A DNA stretch of 47,822 nt, taken from Christensenellaceae bacterium (lineage in GTDB: Bacteria; Bacillota; Clostridia; Christensenellales; Borkfalkiaceae). The translations under genes and the position numbers were made by a program. Location of the stretch: contig JAZOOV010000059.1 of assembly GCA_045655215.1 (NCBI GenBank), forward strand, positions 1 through 47,822, given 5' to 3'. The notes below the pieces were generated by a model. The model was not told the DNA's origin. It was given only the letters and a program-made list of their open reading frames with translations, and ran no database searches. Below are positions 37,161 through 46,505 of this stretch, piece after piece (position 1 is the first letter of the stretch; each line of letters begins with the position of its first letter).

Positions 37161-38093
37161 TTATATTCCGTCCATGACGTGCATATTTCTAATATTCACG
37201 TCTTTTATTTTGTCCATAATAGAATACGCGTGCGTTTCTAGGTTATAGCATGTTGCGTTTGACAAGTTTTGCCTTTTTACTTCTTCTATAACGGCAGAAG
37301 ATATTTCTTCAATTAAGAGAAGTTTTTCGTTTACTTTTTCATTAGGTAGGTCAAGTAAAAGGGTTAATTTTTCTCCAAGTTCACTTAAAATGGGCAAACT
37401 TTTTATTTTGCGAAAAGCCCATTTATAAAAAGGCTCGTATTCGTTATTTAATAGATAAATAGATGATATTATATGCTTTGCGAATTGGTAAACTGATAGA
37501 CTTGCAGAGCCGAATTCTCCGTGAGAAAGACATCTTTCATAATTATATTGTCCCGACTGACCGGCAAGGGCGAGATTTCCTGCAAGTTTTTTTAAGAGCA
37601 CGTCCTTTGGATAGCCCTTTTTTAACTCTTCTCTAATTTTAGAAAATTCGCCTAAGTTGTCAACAAAAACTTCGCCGTTAGTTGCCCCTGCTAAACTAGT
37701 TGACGGAACGAAAAACCACCACGAAATATCTTCGGGTATTTGGCTTACCCCTAAAAACCTTTTATAAAACTCTTCGATTACTAAAACTCCGTGTCTATTT
37801 CCACCAACGGGGCTCAAAATTGGGCGCTTATATCCCTTAAACTCTTTGGGAAGTTTAGAGTACGCTCGCTCTAACTTAAAGCCGAACTTTTCATAATCTT
37901 TCTCAGTTATCCAAAGGCAAAAGCCTGCCTCAAAGTCGTGGTCTAAACTAAACTCGTCGTCGTATCCAAAACACTCCGAGCCTTCGCCAACTAGCCCTAC
38001 GGCTATTCTATTTGCTACTTCGGGGAAGAGTTCTTCTAGCATAGGTTTTCCGTGTTTTAAGTAAAACTCTCTTGAAAGTTCAATTCCTTTCAT
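37161..38093 (-). CDS. Nucleotidyltransferase-fold / DUF4037-like protein
   Basis: 310 aa. GLVGEGSECFGYDDEFSLDHDF fits the pol-beta NTase pattern hG[GS]x9-13D.D. The remainder resembles DUF4037, from memory of that family. Confidence 0.5.
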   Translation of the reverse strand: MKGIELSREFYLKHGKPMLEELFPEVANRIAVGLVGEGSECFGYDDEFSLDHDFEAGFCLWITEKDYEKFGFKLERAYSKLPKEFKGYKRPILSPVGGNRHGVLVIEEFYKRFLGVSQIPEDISWWFFVPSTSLAGATNGEVFVDNLGEFSKIREELKKGYPKDVLLKKLAGNLALAGQSGQYNYERCLSHGEFGSASLSVYQFAKHIISSIYLLNNEYEPFYKWAFRKIKSLPILSELGEKLTLLLDLPNEKVNEKLLLIEEISSAVIEEVKRQNLSNATCYNLETHAYSIMDKIKDVNIRNMHVMDGI

Positions 38094-38904
38094 AAATTTG
38101 CTCCGCTAATTTTTCGTATTCTTCTGCTTTTTTTGTAAAACCAAAATGGCGTAGGGCAGGGGTGCATTTTGTTAAAACGTAGGCATAGTATCCGTTTTTA
38201 ACTACCTTTTCGTTTTCTAATAGGTTTATAATATTTTTTACGCACTCTTTAGCCTTGTCTTCTAAATCCATAGAAAAATAAAGGTGAGCAAGGTTAACCA
38301 TAGTTATTGCTCCGTCGGTAAATTCAAACGGCGTGCCTTTTAAAAATTCTAACGCTTTTTTATAGCACTCTTTTGCCATATCGTATTCACCTAAATCAAC
38401 TAACGCAACAGCCCTATTGTTATAGTAGCCACTCATTAAATCTTTGCTCCTTTCGGGGAATTTTGTAAAGATTTTATAAGCCTCGTCATAGTAAAAAATA
38501 CTCTCTTTTGCCTTTTTTATAGCCTTTAGGGTGGTGGCTACGTTTAGGTAGATATTGCCTACCGAAAAGTCTTCTTCTAGCCCCAACTCTTTAACTAGAA
38601 GTACGGCTCTTTCGGTCGCCTTTTCAGCGTTTTTAGAATCGTCTAGTTTTCTATATAGTCCTAGTAGTTCGTTAACGATGGATAGTTCACCTTTTTTATC
38701 TAGTAATGACTGCGCTTCCTTTTGCCAATACTCAAGTAGCCTTTTTGCCTCTATCATATCGTTTTTATTAAACGCCTCGTCCACCTTTTCTATGATTCTA
38801 CTAACGGGGATTTTGCCTTTAGGCGCGTCCTTTTTAGGATAGTAAAAATCCTTTCCACTACATAGGGCGCAACTTGGTTCTTTATAATCAAACGGATCTA
38901 TCAT
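38080..38904 (-). CDS. TPR-repeat protein with N-terminal CxxC
   Basis: 274 aa from ATG 38904 (GGAGGTG 5 nt upstream). Repeated A..Y..A/L.... TPR-like helices. Its 3' end overlaps the next gene's start by 14 nt. Confidence 0.6.
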   Translation of the reverse strand: MIDPFDYKEPSCALCSGKDFYYPKKDAPKGKIPVSRIIEKVDEAFNKNDMIEAKRLLEYWQKEAQSLLDKKGELSIVNELLGLYRKLDDSKNAEKATERAVLLVKELGLEEDFSVGNIYLNVATTLKAIKKAKESIFYYDEAYKIFTKFPERSKDLMSGYYNNRAVALVDLGEYDMAKECYKKALEFLKGTPFEFTDGAITMVNLAHLYFSMDLEDKAKECVKNIINLLENEKVVKNGYYAYVLTKCTPALRHFGFTKKAEEYEKLAEQIYERN

Positions 38905-39023
38905 AATTTCACCTCCAAACAATTATAAACGATAAAAGACGGCTAGTCAATAGTTAAAAAGGGGGCAAAAACAATAAAAAACACGGCAAAAAATGGCAAA
39001 GATAAAAAATTATGCAAATTTTA

Positions 39024-39053
39024 TTGACAAAATTTAATCGTATAAAGTATAAT
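39024..39053 (+). promoter_or_regulatory. Sigma-A type promoter of the T-box leader
   Basis: TTGACA (39024-39029), 18-nt spacer, TATAAT (39048-39053). Confidence 0.7.
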
Positions 39054-39059
39054 TAGGTA

Positions 39060-39343
39060 AACCTATGAGAAAGAAGAGTAGGTGCTATGACTTAAATTTA
39101 GAGAGTTGCCGTTGGTGGAAAGGCAATATTAAGTGAGCGTTGAATGGGCTTTTGAGGGCGAAGGGAAATTTCAAATTTTTTTGAAAGAGTATATTAGACG
39201 GTGGGTAGCCGTTATTACCAAGGATATGATAGTATCCAAAAATTAAGCGCTTAAAATTATCGTTTAAGCGGAAGCAAGGTGGCACCACGGGTATGTAAAT
39301 ATTCGTCCTTGATAGATTTTCTATCAAGGAATTTTTATTTTTT
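39060..39343 (+). ncRNA. T-box riboswitch leader, specifier UGG (tryptophan)
   Basis: Stem I runs GAGAAAGAAGAGUA...AGAGAG...UUGGUGGAAAG (distal loop). The specifier loop is GAA-UGG-G (UGG at 39145-39147). The T-box sequence AAGGUGGCACCACGGG is at 39276-39291. The terminator UCCUUGAUAGA-uuu-UCUAUCAAGGA (39306-39330) is followed by a U-run. Confidence 0.85.
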
Positions 39344-39437
39344 AAGGAATTAATTATGAAACTTTTAACTAGGCGATGGCGAATACTTAAAGGCTAATAA
39401 AACTACACTAAAATTAGAATTTAAGGAGAAAATAATT

Positions 39438-40655
39438 ATGAAAATAAATAACGTTGATTTTGAAACTTACTTTAAAAATTATCCTAACGAACAAGGATAT
39501 TTTGGCAAATACGGTGGGGCTTATATTGCTCCCGAACTCAAAAAGGCTATGGATGAAATTACCGAAGCGTATTTCACCATTTGCAAGTCCACTAAGTTTA
39601 TAGACGAACTTAGAAAAATTAGAAAGGAATTTCAAGGTAGACCGACTCCAATTTCGCATTTAGAAAGACTTTCAAGAAGTGTTGGAAACGCGCAAATTTA
39701 CGTTAAGAGAGAAGACCTTAACCACACGGGCGCACACAAGTTAAATCACTGCATGGGTGAAGTGTTGCTCGCAAAATATATGGGCAAGAAAAAGGTTATC
39801 GCAGAGACGGGCGCAGGTCAACACGGCGTTGCTATGGCAACTGCCGCGGCGTACTTCGGGCTTGAGTGCGATATTTATATGGGTGCAGTCGATATTAAAA
39901 AACAAGCACCTAACGTTGCTAAAATGAAAATATTAGGTGCTAACGTCGTTGAAGTTAAAGAGGGGCTTCAAACCTTAAAAGAAGCAGTCGACGCTGCGTT
40001 CAAGGCGTACGCAAACGAATATAAAACGGCAATTTACTGCATTGGCTCGGTAGTTGGCCCTCACCCATTTCCAATGATGGTTAGAGATTTCCAAAGCGTA
40101 GTTGGTATTGAGGCGAGAGAACAATATCTCTCTATGACGGGCGAACTTCCCGACGCAGTCGTTGCTTGCGTTGGTGGTGGCTCTAACTCAATGGGTATGT
40201 TCTCAGGCTTTCTAAACGACCCCGTTCAAATTTACGGAGTTGAACCTCTTGGTAGAGGCAAGAAACTAGGCGACCATGCGGCAAGTCTTCAATATGGCAC
40301 TGAGGGAATTATGCACGGATTTAACAGCATTATGTTAAAGGACGAAAATGGCGATCCCGCTCCCGTATATTCGGTTGCAAGTGGTTTAGACTATCCGTCT
40401 TCTGGGCCAGAACATGCGTTCTTGCACGAACTTGGCAGAGTTAATTACGACGCTATTGGGGACGATGAAACTATCGATGCTTTCTACACCCTTTCAAGAC
40501 TTGAGGGAATTATCCCTGCAATAGAGAGTGCCCACGCAGTTGCTTACGCAATGAAACTCGCTAAAAAAATGGGCAAGGGCTCTATTCTCGTTTGTCTTTC
40601 TGGTAGGGGAGATAAAGACCTTGATTACATTATCGAAAACTACGGAATTAGATAA
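39438..40655 (+). CDS. trpB: Tryptophan synthase beta chain (stand-alone)
   Basis: 405 aa. [31 protein letters not shown] (PLP lysine), [11 protein letters not shown] and GGGSNSMG motifs. No trpA is adjacent. Confidence 0.92.
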   Translation: MKINNVDFETYFKNYPNEQGYFGKYGGAYIAPELKKAMDEITEAYFTICKSTKFIDELRKIRKEFQGRPTPISHLERLSRSVGNAQIYVKREDLNHTGAHKLNHCMGEVLLAKYMGKKKVIAETGAGQHGVAMATAAAYFGLECDIYMGAVDIKKQAPNVAKMKILGANVVEVKEGLQTLKEAVDAAFKAYANEYKTAIYCIGSVVGPHPFPMMVRDFQSVVGIEAREQYLSMTGELPDAVVACVGGGSNSMGMFSGFLNDPVQIYGVEPLGRGKKLGDHAASLQYGTEGIMHGFNSIMLKDENGDPAPVYSVASGLDYPSSGPEHAFLHELGRVNYDAIGDDETIDAFYTLSRLEGIIPAIESAHAVAYAMKLAKKMGKGSILVCLSGRGDKDLDYIIENYGIR

Positions 40656-40676
40656 AATTCAATAAATTTTTGCTTA

Positions 40677-40710
40677 AAAGATTGCAGTAATACTCTCTGC
40701 AATCTTTTTT
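40677..40710 (+). terminator. Intrinsic terminator of trpB
   Basis: Hairpin aaagattgcag/ctgcaatcttt with a 9-nt loop, running into T6. Confidence 0.8.
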
Positions 40711-40780
40711 GTTTGTCGTACGCTTGATAATTCTATAGGTATGTGATAAAATATACTTAGTATATTTTTAAGGATAGAGT

Positions 40781-41569
40781 ATGGAAAACAAATTTCATCA
40801 AATTTCAGAAAAGAAAAATTTTATATGTGATATGGACGGCGTTATTTATCACGGCAATAGACTTATTCCAAAAGTAAAAGAGTTTGTGGAATGGCTAGAA
40901 GAAAGTGGAAAAAACTACCTTTTTTTAACCAATAGTTCCGAGCGTTCGCCTAGAGAACTTGCTCAAAAACTTAAAAGACTCGGTCTTGAAGTGGGCGAAG
41001 AACACTTTTACACTTCGGCTTTGGCTACGGCTTCCTTTTTGAAAGGACAATGTCCTAACGGCTCGGTTTACGTTATCGGCGAGCCGGGGCTTGTTAACGC
41101 CCTTTACGATGCGGGCTTTTCTATGAACGACGTTAATCCAGATTACGTTGTGTTTGGCGAAACTCGTTCTCTAAACTATGAGAAAATTGAAAAAGCCGTT
41201 AAACTCGTTTTCAAGGGGGCTAAACTTATCGGCACTAACCCCGACTTAACCGGTCCTACCGAAGACGGAATTGTGCCTGCTTGCAAATCGCTTATCTCTT
41301 CTATTGAGTTGACGACGGGTAGAGAAGCCTATTTCGTTGGCAAGCCTAACCCACTTATGATGCGACACGCTCTAAAAAAACTTAATTGTAGTAGGGTAGA
41401 CGCAGTTATGATTGGCGATAGAATGGATACGGATATTTTAGCCGGCTTAGAGAGTGAACTCGACACCGTTTTAGTTTTAACCGGTGTGACGGCAAGAGAA
41501 GATTTAGTTAAATTTCCTTATCAGCCAAAGTTCGTGCTAAACGACGTTGGGGAGATTATAGGGCTATAA
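40781..41569 (+). CDS. HAD-IIA family sugar-phosphate phosphatase (NagD-like)
   Basis: 262 aa. DMDGVIY (DxDG nucleophile motif), FLTNSS, GKPNP and GDRMDTDI motifs. Confidence 0.85.
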   Translation: MENKFHQISEKKNFICDMDGVIYHGNRLIPKVKEFVEWLEESGKNYLFLTNSSERSPRELAQKLKRLGLEVGEEHFYTSALATASFLKGQCPNGSVYVIGEPGLVNALYDAGFSMNDVNPDYVVFGETRSLNYEKIEKAVKLVFKGAKLIGTNPDLTGPTEDGIVPACKSLISSIELTTGREAYFVGKPNPLMMRHALKKLNCSRVDAVMIGDRMDTDILAGLESELDTVLVLTGVTAREDLVKFPYQPKFVLNDVGEIIGL

Positions 41570-41592
41570 AATAAAAAACAAAGGAAATACTT

Positions 41593-43698
41593 ATGAAAAA
41601 ATTAAAAGAGTGGCTTAGTATTCAAATAGTAAAAAACCCCGGAAGAATAGTTTTAGCGGTGATTTTACTTATAAACGTTGTGTTCTTTTTGGGCGCTTCG
41701 GGGTTAATTAGTTTATTGTCGCAAAATTTATCTGGAAATCAAGGGCTAGACTTTATTTCGGCTGCGTATAGAACAATTTCTATGATACTAGATGCAGGCT
41801 GTATTGAATCGGTTGTTGGTGAACTTGGACAAGGCAAGGTTATAATTGCAGTTATTTGCGTAATTATTTCCGTTTTAGGTATGATTTTATTTACTGGCGC
41901 AGTAATCGGTTATGTGACCAACTATATTTCAAGTTTTATCGACAACGCTAATGCAGGAAAGAGAAGACTAAACATATCTAACCATTTCGTAATCTTAAAC
42001 TGGAACAACAGAGCGTCGGAAATCATTAACGATATGCTTTACTGCGACGAAAAGCAAAAGGTGGTTGTTTTAGTTCAAGATAGAAAAGAAGAAATTAAAA
42101 ACGAAATCGAAGAGAGAATAACCGACACCATTATGAGAGAAAACCTTGCAGTTGCAAAGAGTTTTTCTCACCTTCCTTTCTTTAGAAGACTTGTTGCTCT
42201 TCGTAAAAATAGATTCGTTAGCAAGGTGACCGTTATCGTTAGAGAAGGCGATATTTTCTCCACTAAGCAACTAGCAGATATCTCGCTAAAAAAAGCACGC
42301 TCGGTTATTATACTTTCTAACGACGACACTAATAACATTTGCCGTTTTGGAAAAAAAGAACTACTAGAAGAAAACGCTAAGGGTAATTCTCAAACTATAA
42401 AAACCTTAATGCAAGTAGCAGATATAGTTTCAGCAAACGATTCATTTGACAACCAAAGAGTTATCGTGGAAATTGACGACAAGTGGACGCTTGCTTTAGT
42501 AGATAAGATTATTTCGGCTAAACAAGTTAAGGGAAAATGCAATATTATTCCACTTAAAATAAACGAAATTTTAGGTCAATTATTCTCGCAATTCTGCTTG
42601 ATGCCCGAACTTAACGACGTGTATAGTGAGTTGTTCTCTAGCCGTGGCGTAGAGTTCTATTCTAAAAAAGAAGAAGAAAAAGACGAAACGGAATTTGCAA
42701 GAAAGTATTTTGAAGAACACAATCACGCTATCCCTATTACGTGTATGGAAATTGACGGCGAGAACTACGCTTTCTTCGTTGGTGAAAATGAAAAAGACGT
42801 TGATAGAAAGTCAAACGTCGAAAAGTGCGATTACAAAGTTGAACTCGTAAAAGATTATTGGCTAGAAAAGAGAAGAATCATCATTTTAGGGCACAATTCT
42901 AATAGCCATAGCATTATGGCAGGCTTTGAAAGTTTTAGTAGCGAATGGAAAAAAGGCGGGGACGAGATTATTGAAATAGTAGTCGTTGACGACAAGCAAA
43001 GCCTAGAGAAGATGAATTACTACAAAGATTACTCTTTCGTTGCAAAGACGGTTGAGGCAGACGTTTTTGATAGAGATATTATTTATAGAGCCATCATAGA
43101 CTTTATTGGAGACGGACAAAAGAGCACGAGTATTCTTATTTTGTCAGACGATAGCGTTAGCAATGAAAATCTAGACGCAGTTGCTCTTGCAAACTTAGTT
43201 TACGTTCAAGATATCGTAAATAGAAAGGTTAAAGAAGAAGGCTTTAACTCTAAAATGGTGGACGTTATCGTTGAGATTATCGACCCTAAACACCATGATA
43301 TAGTTAGTGGTTATAGCGTAAACAACGTAGTTATCAGTAATAGATACATAAGCAAGATGGTTTCTCAAATCTCAGAGGTTGAGGCAATCTTCAATTTATA
43401 TAACGATATTTTAAGTTATGACGAAGGAAACGCCGAAGAATACGATAGCAAGGAAATCTACGTTAAAAAGGTTAAAAGATATTTTAGTGAAGTTCCTAAA
43501 AAGACTACGGCTGATAAACTTTTAAGAGGGTTATTTAATGCAACTTCTAACAAGGAAGATAAGGAAAATTATAATCCAACCATTATGCTTGGCTACGTAA
43601 AGGCAAATGGAGAGAAGGTTTTATTCGCAGGGGATTTAAGCAAGATTGAAGTAGAACTAACAATCGACGACAAGGTAATTCTTTTCGCCCCTCACTAA
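41593..43698 (+). CDS. CASTOR/POLLUX(DMI1)-like ion channel homologue with tandem RCK-like domains
   Basis: 701 aa. It has two TM helices flanking a pore-loop-like ISMILDAGCIE (compare ADAGNH in POLLUX/DMI1; there is no TVGYG). SNHFVILNWNNRASEIINDM resembles NHILILGWSDKLGSLL of DMI1. A second RIIILGHNSNSHSIM module follows. Confidence 0.6.
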   Translation: MKKLKEWLSIQIVKNPGRIVLAVILLINVVFFLGASGLISLLSQNLSGNQGLDFISAAYRTISMILDAGCIESVVGELGQGKVIIAVICVIISVLGMILFTGAVIGYVTNYISSFIDNANAGKRRLNISNHFVILNWNNRASEIINDMLYCDEKQKVVVLVQDRKEEIKNEIEERITDTIMRENLAVAKSFSHLPFFRRLVALRKNRFVSKVTVIVREGDIFSTKQLADISLKKARSVIILSNDDTNNICRFGKKELLEENAKGNSQTIKTLMQVADIVSANDSFDNQRVIVEIDDKWTLALVDKIISAKQVKGKCNIIPLKINEILGQLFSQFCLMPELNDVYSELFSSRGVEFYSKKEEEKDETEFARKYFEEHNHAIPITCMEIDGENYAFFVGENEKDVDRKSNVEKCDYKVELVKDYWLEKRRIIILGHNSNSHSIMAGFESFSSEWKKGGDEIIEIVVVDDKQSLEKMNYYKDYSFVAKTVEADVFDRDIIYRAIIDFIGDGQKSTSILILSDDSVSNENLDAVALANLVYVQDIVNRKVKEEGFNSKMVDVIVEIIDPKHHDIVSGYSVNNVVISNRYISKMVSQISEVEAIFNLYNDILSYDEGNAEEYDSKEIYVKKVKRYFSEVPKKTTADKLLRGLFNATSNKEDKENYNPTIMLGYVKANGEKVLFAGDLSKIEVELTIDDKVILFAPH

Positions 43699-43719
43699 AA
43701 AAAATATATGGAGCATATT

Positions 43720-44406
43720 ATGGAAAAGGTTAGTTATCAAATAAAAGAAGATAAATTAATTCCCGTTGTGATTAAAAAAGGCGATAGGGAAACTCCCGTT
43801 TGGATACAACAAAATTGGGAAGAAGGCGAGTTCGCAATTTTTATTAGGCAAAGTGGTTGTGGACACACTTGTACTGCTATGGCTCTAAGACTTTTGGGGT
43901 TTAACGAGATGACACCGTACGTTGAATACGAGCATTGTAGAAAATTGTGGGGCGCTCCAATGACAAAAGAAGAATCGCCAAAAGGCGAAGCTCAATGTAA
44001 TTTTCTAACCCCTAGTGGAATAGTTAAAGTGCTAAATAGTTTTTCGGTTAAGGCAAAAGACTATTCCGTTCCAAAGGGCAAGAGAAAAGAGTGCGTAAAG
44101 CAAATGGTTGACGCGTTAAAAGAGGGTAAACTTGTAATTTTCGCTTCGCACCCTAGCGAAGACTTCCCCGAAAACCCATTTTCAAAAGGCGACCACTACG
44201 TTTTATTAGTAGGCTTCAACAAAGACAATAAAATCGTAGTTGCTAATAGTTCTACAGGTGGAGTGACTGAAACATTAGGCATTCACGACGGAGTGGAAGA
44301 AGAAGTTTTAGAAAGGGCGCTTTGGGACGGCGGAGAGAGTTTAGACGGGACGTGGGGATACCTTTCCTGCTTAGAAAAAGAGACGGGATATATTATAGTT
44401 GGATAA
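43720..44406 (+). CDS. Peptidase C39-like (papain-fold cysteine peptidase) domain protein, no signal peptide
   Basis: 228 aa from the second ATG (GGAG 6 nt upstream). QSGCGHTCTAMALRLLG fits the C39 nucleophile motif Q....CG..C..M....G. GDHYVLLVGFN supplies a candidate catalytic His. Confidence 0.5.
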   Translation: MEKVSYQIKEDKLIPVVIKKGDRETPVWIQQNWEEGEFAIFIRQSGCGHTCTAMALRLLGFNEMTPYVEYEHCRKLWGAPMTKEESPKGEAQCNFLTPSGIVKVLNSFSVKAKDYSVPKGKRKECVKQMVDALKEGKLVIFASHPSEDFPENPFSKGDHYVLLVGFNKDNKIVVANSSTGGVTETLGIHDGVEEEVLERALWDGGESLDGTWGYLSCLEKETGYIIVG

Positions 44407-44417
44407 AGGTTATATAA

Positions 44418-45350
44418 ATGATTTGTAATAATATTTTAGACGCAATGGGAAATACGCCCATCATTAAGTTAAATCGTATGGTAGGCGAAAACGATGCGGA
44501 AATTTTAGTTAAATTTGAAGGGCTTAACGTAGGTGGCTCTATTAAGACGAGAACGGCATTCAATATGATAAAAGATGCCGAAGAAAAGGGACTTATCGGC
44601 AAGGACACTATTATCGTTGAGCCGACTAGTGGAAATCAAGGCATAGGTCTAGCACTCGTTGGGGCAGTTAAGGGATATAAAGTTAAAATTATTATGCCCG
44701 ACTCGGTTAGCGAAGAGAGAAGAAAACTAGTTAACCAATACGGAGCAGAAGTTATTTTAGTGCACGACGACGGAAATATCGGCAAGTGTATTGAAGAGTG
44801 TTTAAACCTTGCTTTTAAGTTAAAAGAACAAGATAAAAACGTGTTTATTCCTCAGCAATTTGAAAACCCCGCTAACCCCGAAGTTCAAAGAAATCAAACG
44901 GGTAAGGAAATTTTAGAACAAGTTGGCGACAGAAAAATCGACGGATTTTGTTCTGGAATTGGCACGGGCGGAACTATTACGGGCATTGGCGAAACCTTAA
45001 AGGCTAAAAATCCCGATATGATTATTTGGGCAGTAGAGCCTAAAAACGCCGCAATCTTGTCGGGGGGCTCTATCGGCACGCACGTTCAAATGGGCATTGG
45101 CGACGGACTTATTCCAAAAATTCTAAACCAAAACATTTACGACGACGTTTGCATTATTGAAGACGACGAGGCTATTAAAGCGTCTAAAGATTTAGCCTTA
45201 AAAGAAGGCATTTTATGTGGAATAAGTAGTGGAACTAACGTTGCCGCAGCCATTAAACTTGCAAAAAGACTAGGCAAGGGAAAAACGGTTGTCACGGTGC
45301 TTCCAGATACGGCTGAAAGATATTTCTCCACGCCACTTTTTGAAAAGTAA
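44418..45350 (+). CDS. cysK: Cysteine synthase family PLP enzyme
   Basis: 310 aa. GNTPIIKLN, GGSIKTR (PLP lysine; KTR instead of the usual KDR), GIGTGGTITG and GISSG motifs. Confidence 0.8.
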   Translation: MICNNILDAMGNTPIIKLNRMVGENDAEILVKFEGLNVGGSIKTRTAFNMIKDAEEKGLIGKDTIIVEPTSGNQGIGLALVGAVKGYKVKIIMPDSVSEERRKLVNQYGAEVILVHDDGNIGKCIEECLNLAFKLKEQDKNVFIPQQFENPANPEVQRNQTGKEILEQVGDRKIDGFCSGIGTGGTITGIGETLKAKNPDMIIWAVEPKNAAILSGGSIGTHVQMGIGDGLIPKILNQNIYDDVCIIEDDEAIKASKDLALKEGILCGISSGTNVAAAIKLAKRLGKGKTVVTVLPDTAERYFSTPLFEK

Positions 45351-45473
45351 ATTAGAATAGATTTTAGTATTTTTAAGTTAAGTGCTTGCTTTTTAATATT
45401 AAAATCTATTTTTTAGTTATTTCAATTTTTTATACTAAGTGTTATAATAATCTTAACGTGAAGGAGAATAGTT

Positions 45474-46496
45474 ATGTTTGGATTTGATTTAACAGATTAC
45501 GACAGAAAAGTTTACTTAGAAGAATTAAAAGATTTTCTCCCCGATACTATCGTGGATTCGCACGCGCATTGTTGGAGAAGAGAAGACGACGAGTACGATA
45601 GAGTTAAGTTTCCAAAAAAGTGGACTAACTTGGTTGCAGGTGATTGCAACGCAGAAGACTTAATAAAAACCTACGAGGATTTATTTGAAGGCAAAAAAGT
45701 TATTCCCGTAGTGTTTGGAAATTCTATCGCTAGATGTATGGAACACAATGCCTATATCGAAAAAGTAAAAGAAAAATATGGATTCCCAACTCTTTTTTGG
45801 ACTAGATACGATATGAGTGCCGAGTTTGTGGAAGAGCACGTTATTAAGGGTGGGTACGACGGATTAAAGCCATACCTTGGTGGTTGCAAGGCGGGAGTTA
45901 ACCCTGCCGATGCCGATATTTACGACTTCTTGCCACCAGAACACTTAGAAGTTGCAAATAAACTTGGGCTAAAGGTTATCTTGCACGTTTCAAAGGACGA
46001 TAGATTTAAAAATAAATCTAATTTAGACACTCTTTTAGAGATAGAAGAAAAATATCCTAACGTAAAACTTATCGTTGCGCATATTGGAAGAGCGTACTGC
46101 TCGGTCGACGTGGGCGATGCGTTCATTAGATTAAAAGATACTAAGAAGATGCTATTTGACTTTTCGGCTAACACGAATAGCGAAGTTATTAGAGAAGCAA
46201 TCGAAACGTTTGGGCCAAAGAGAATTCTTTTTGGAACGGACTTGCCTATCGCTAAAATGCGTATGTATAGAATAGACGAAAACGGAAATTACGTTAACGT
46301 AGTTCCTAGGGGGCTATATGGAGACGTTTCTAAAGATATTCATATGAGAGAAACGGACGAAAAGGATATAACCAACTTCGTTTACGAGATTTTAAGGGCG
46401 TTTAAGAAAGCGTCTAATGATTTAACTCTTTCTAAACAAGACGTTTTCGATATAATGTGCGAAAACGCAAGAAAACTTTACGATATTAAATTTTAA
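45474..46496 (+). CDS. Amidohydrolase-2 family metal-dependent hydrolase (TIM barrel)
   Basis: 340 aa. DSHAHCW (HxH), HVSKDD, AHIGRAY and FGTDLP motifs. Confidence 0.75.
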   Translation: MFGFDLTDYDRKVYLEELKDFLPDTIVDSHAHCWRREDDEYDRVKFPKKWTNLVAGDCNAEDLIKTYEDLFEGKKVIPVVFGNSIARCMEHNAYIEKVKEKYGFPTLFWTRYDMSAEFVEEHVIKGGYDGLKPYLGGCKAGVNPADADIYDFLPPEHLEVANKLGLKVILHVSKDDRFKNKSNLDTLLEIEEKYPNVKLIVAHIGRAYCSVDVGDAFIRLKDTKKMLFDFSANTNSEVIREAIETFGPKRILFGTDLPIAKMRMYRIDENGNYVNVVPRGLYGDVSKDIHMRETDEKDITNFVYEILRAFKKASNDLTLSKQDVFDIMCENARKLYDIKF

Positions 46497-46505
46497 GGAT
46501 TTTTA

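Noticed and set aside
39356-39397. 13-codon mini-[16 protein letters not shown] with an AAGGA SD, lying between the T-box terminator and trpB (possible Trp leader peptide).
   Set aside because: It has only one Trp codon. I see no alternative terminator/antiterminator hairpins downstream, and the T-box already explains Trp-responsive control. It is most likely fortuitous.
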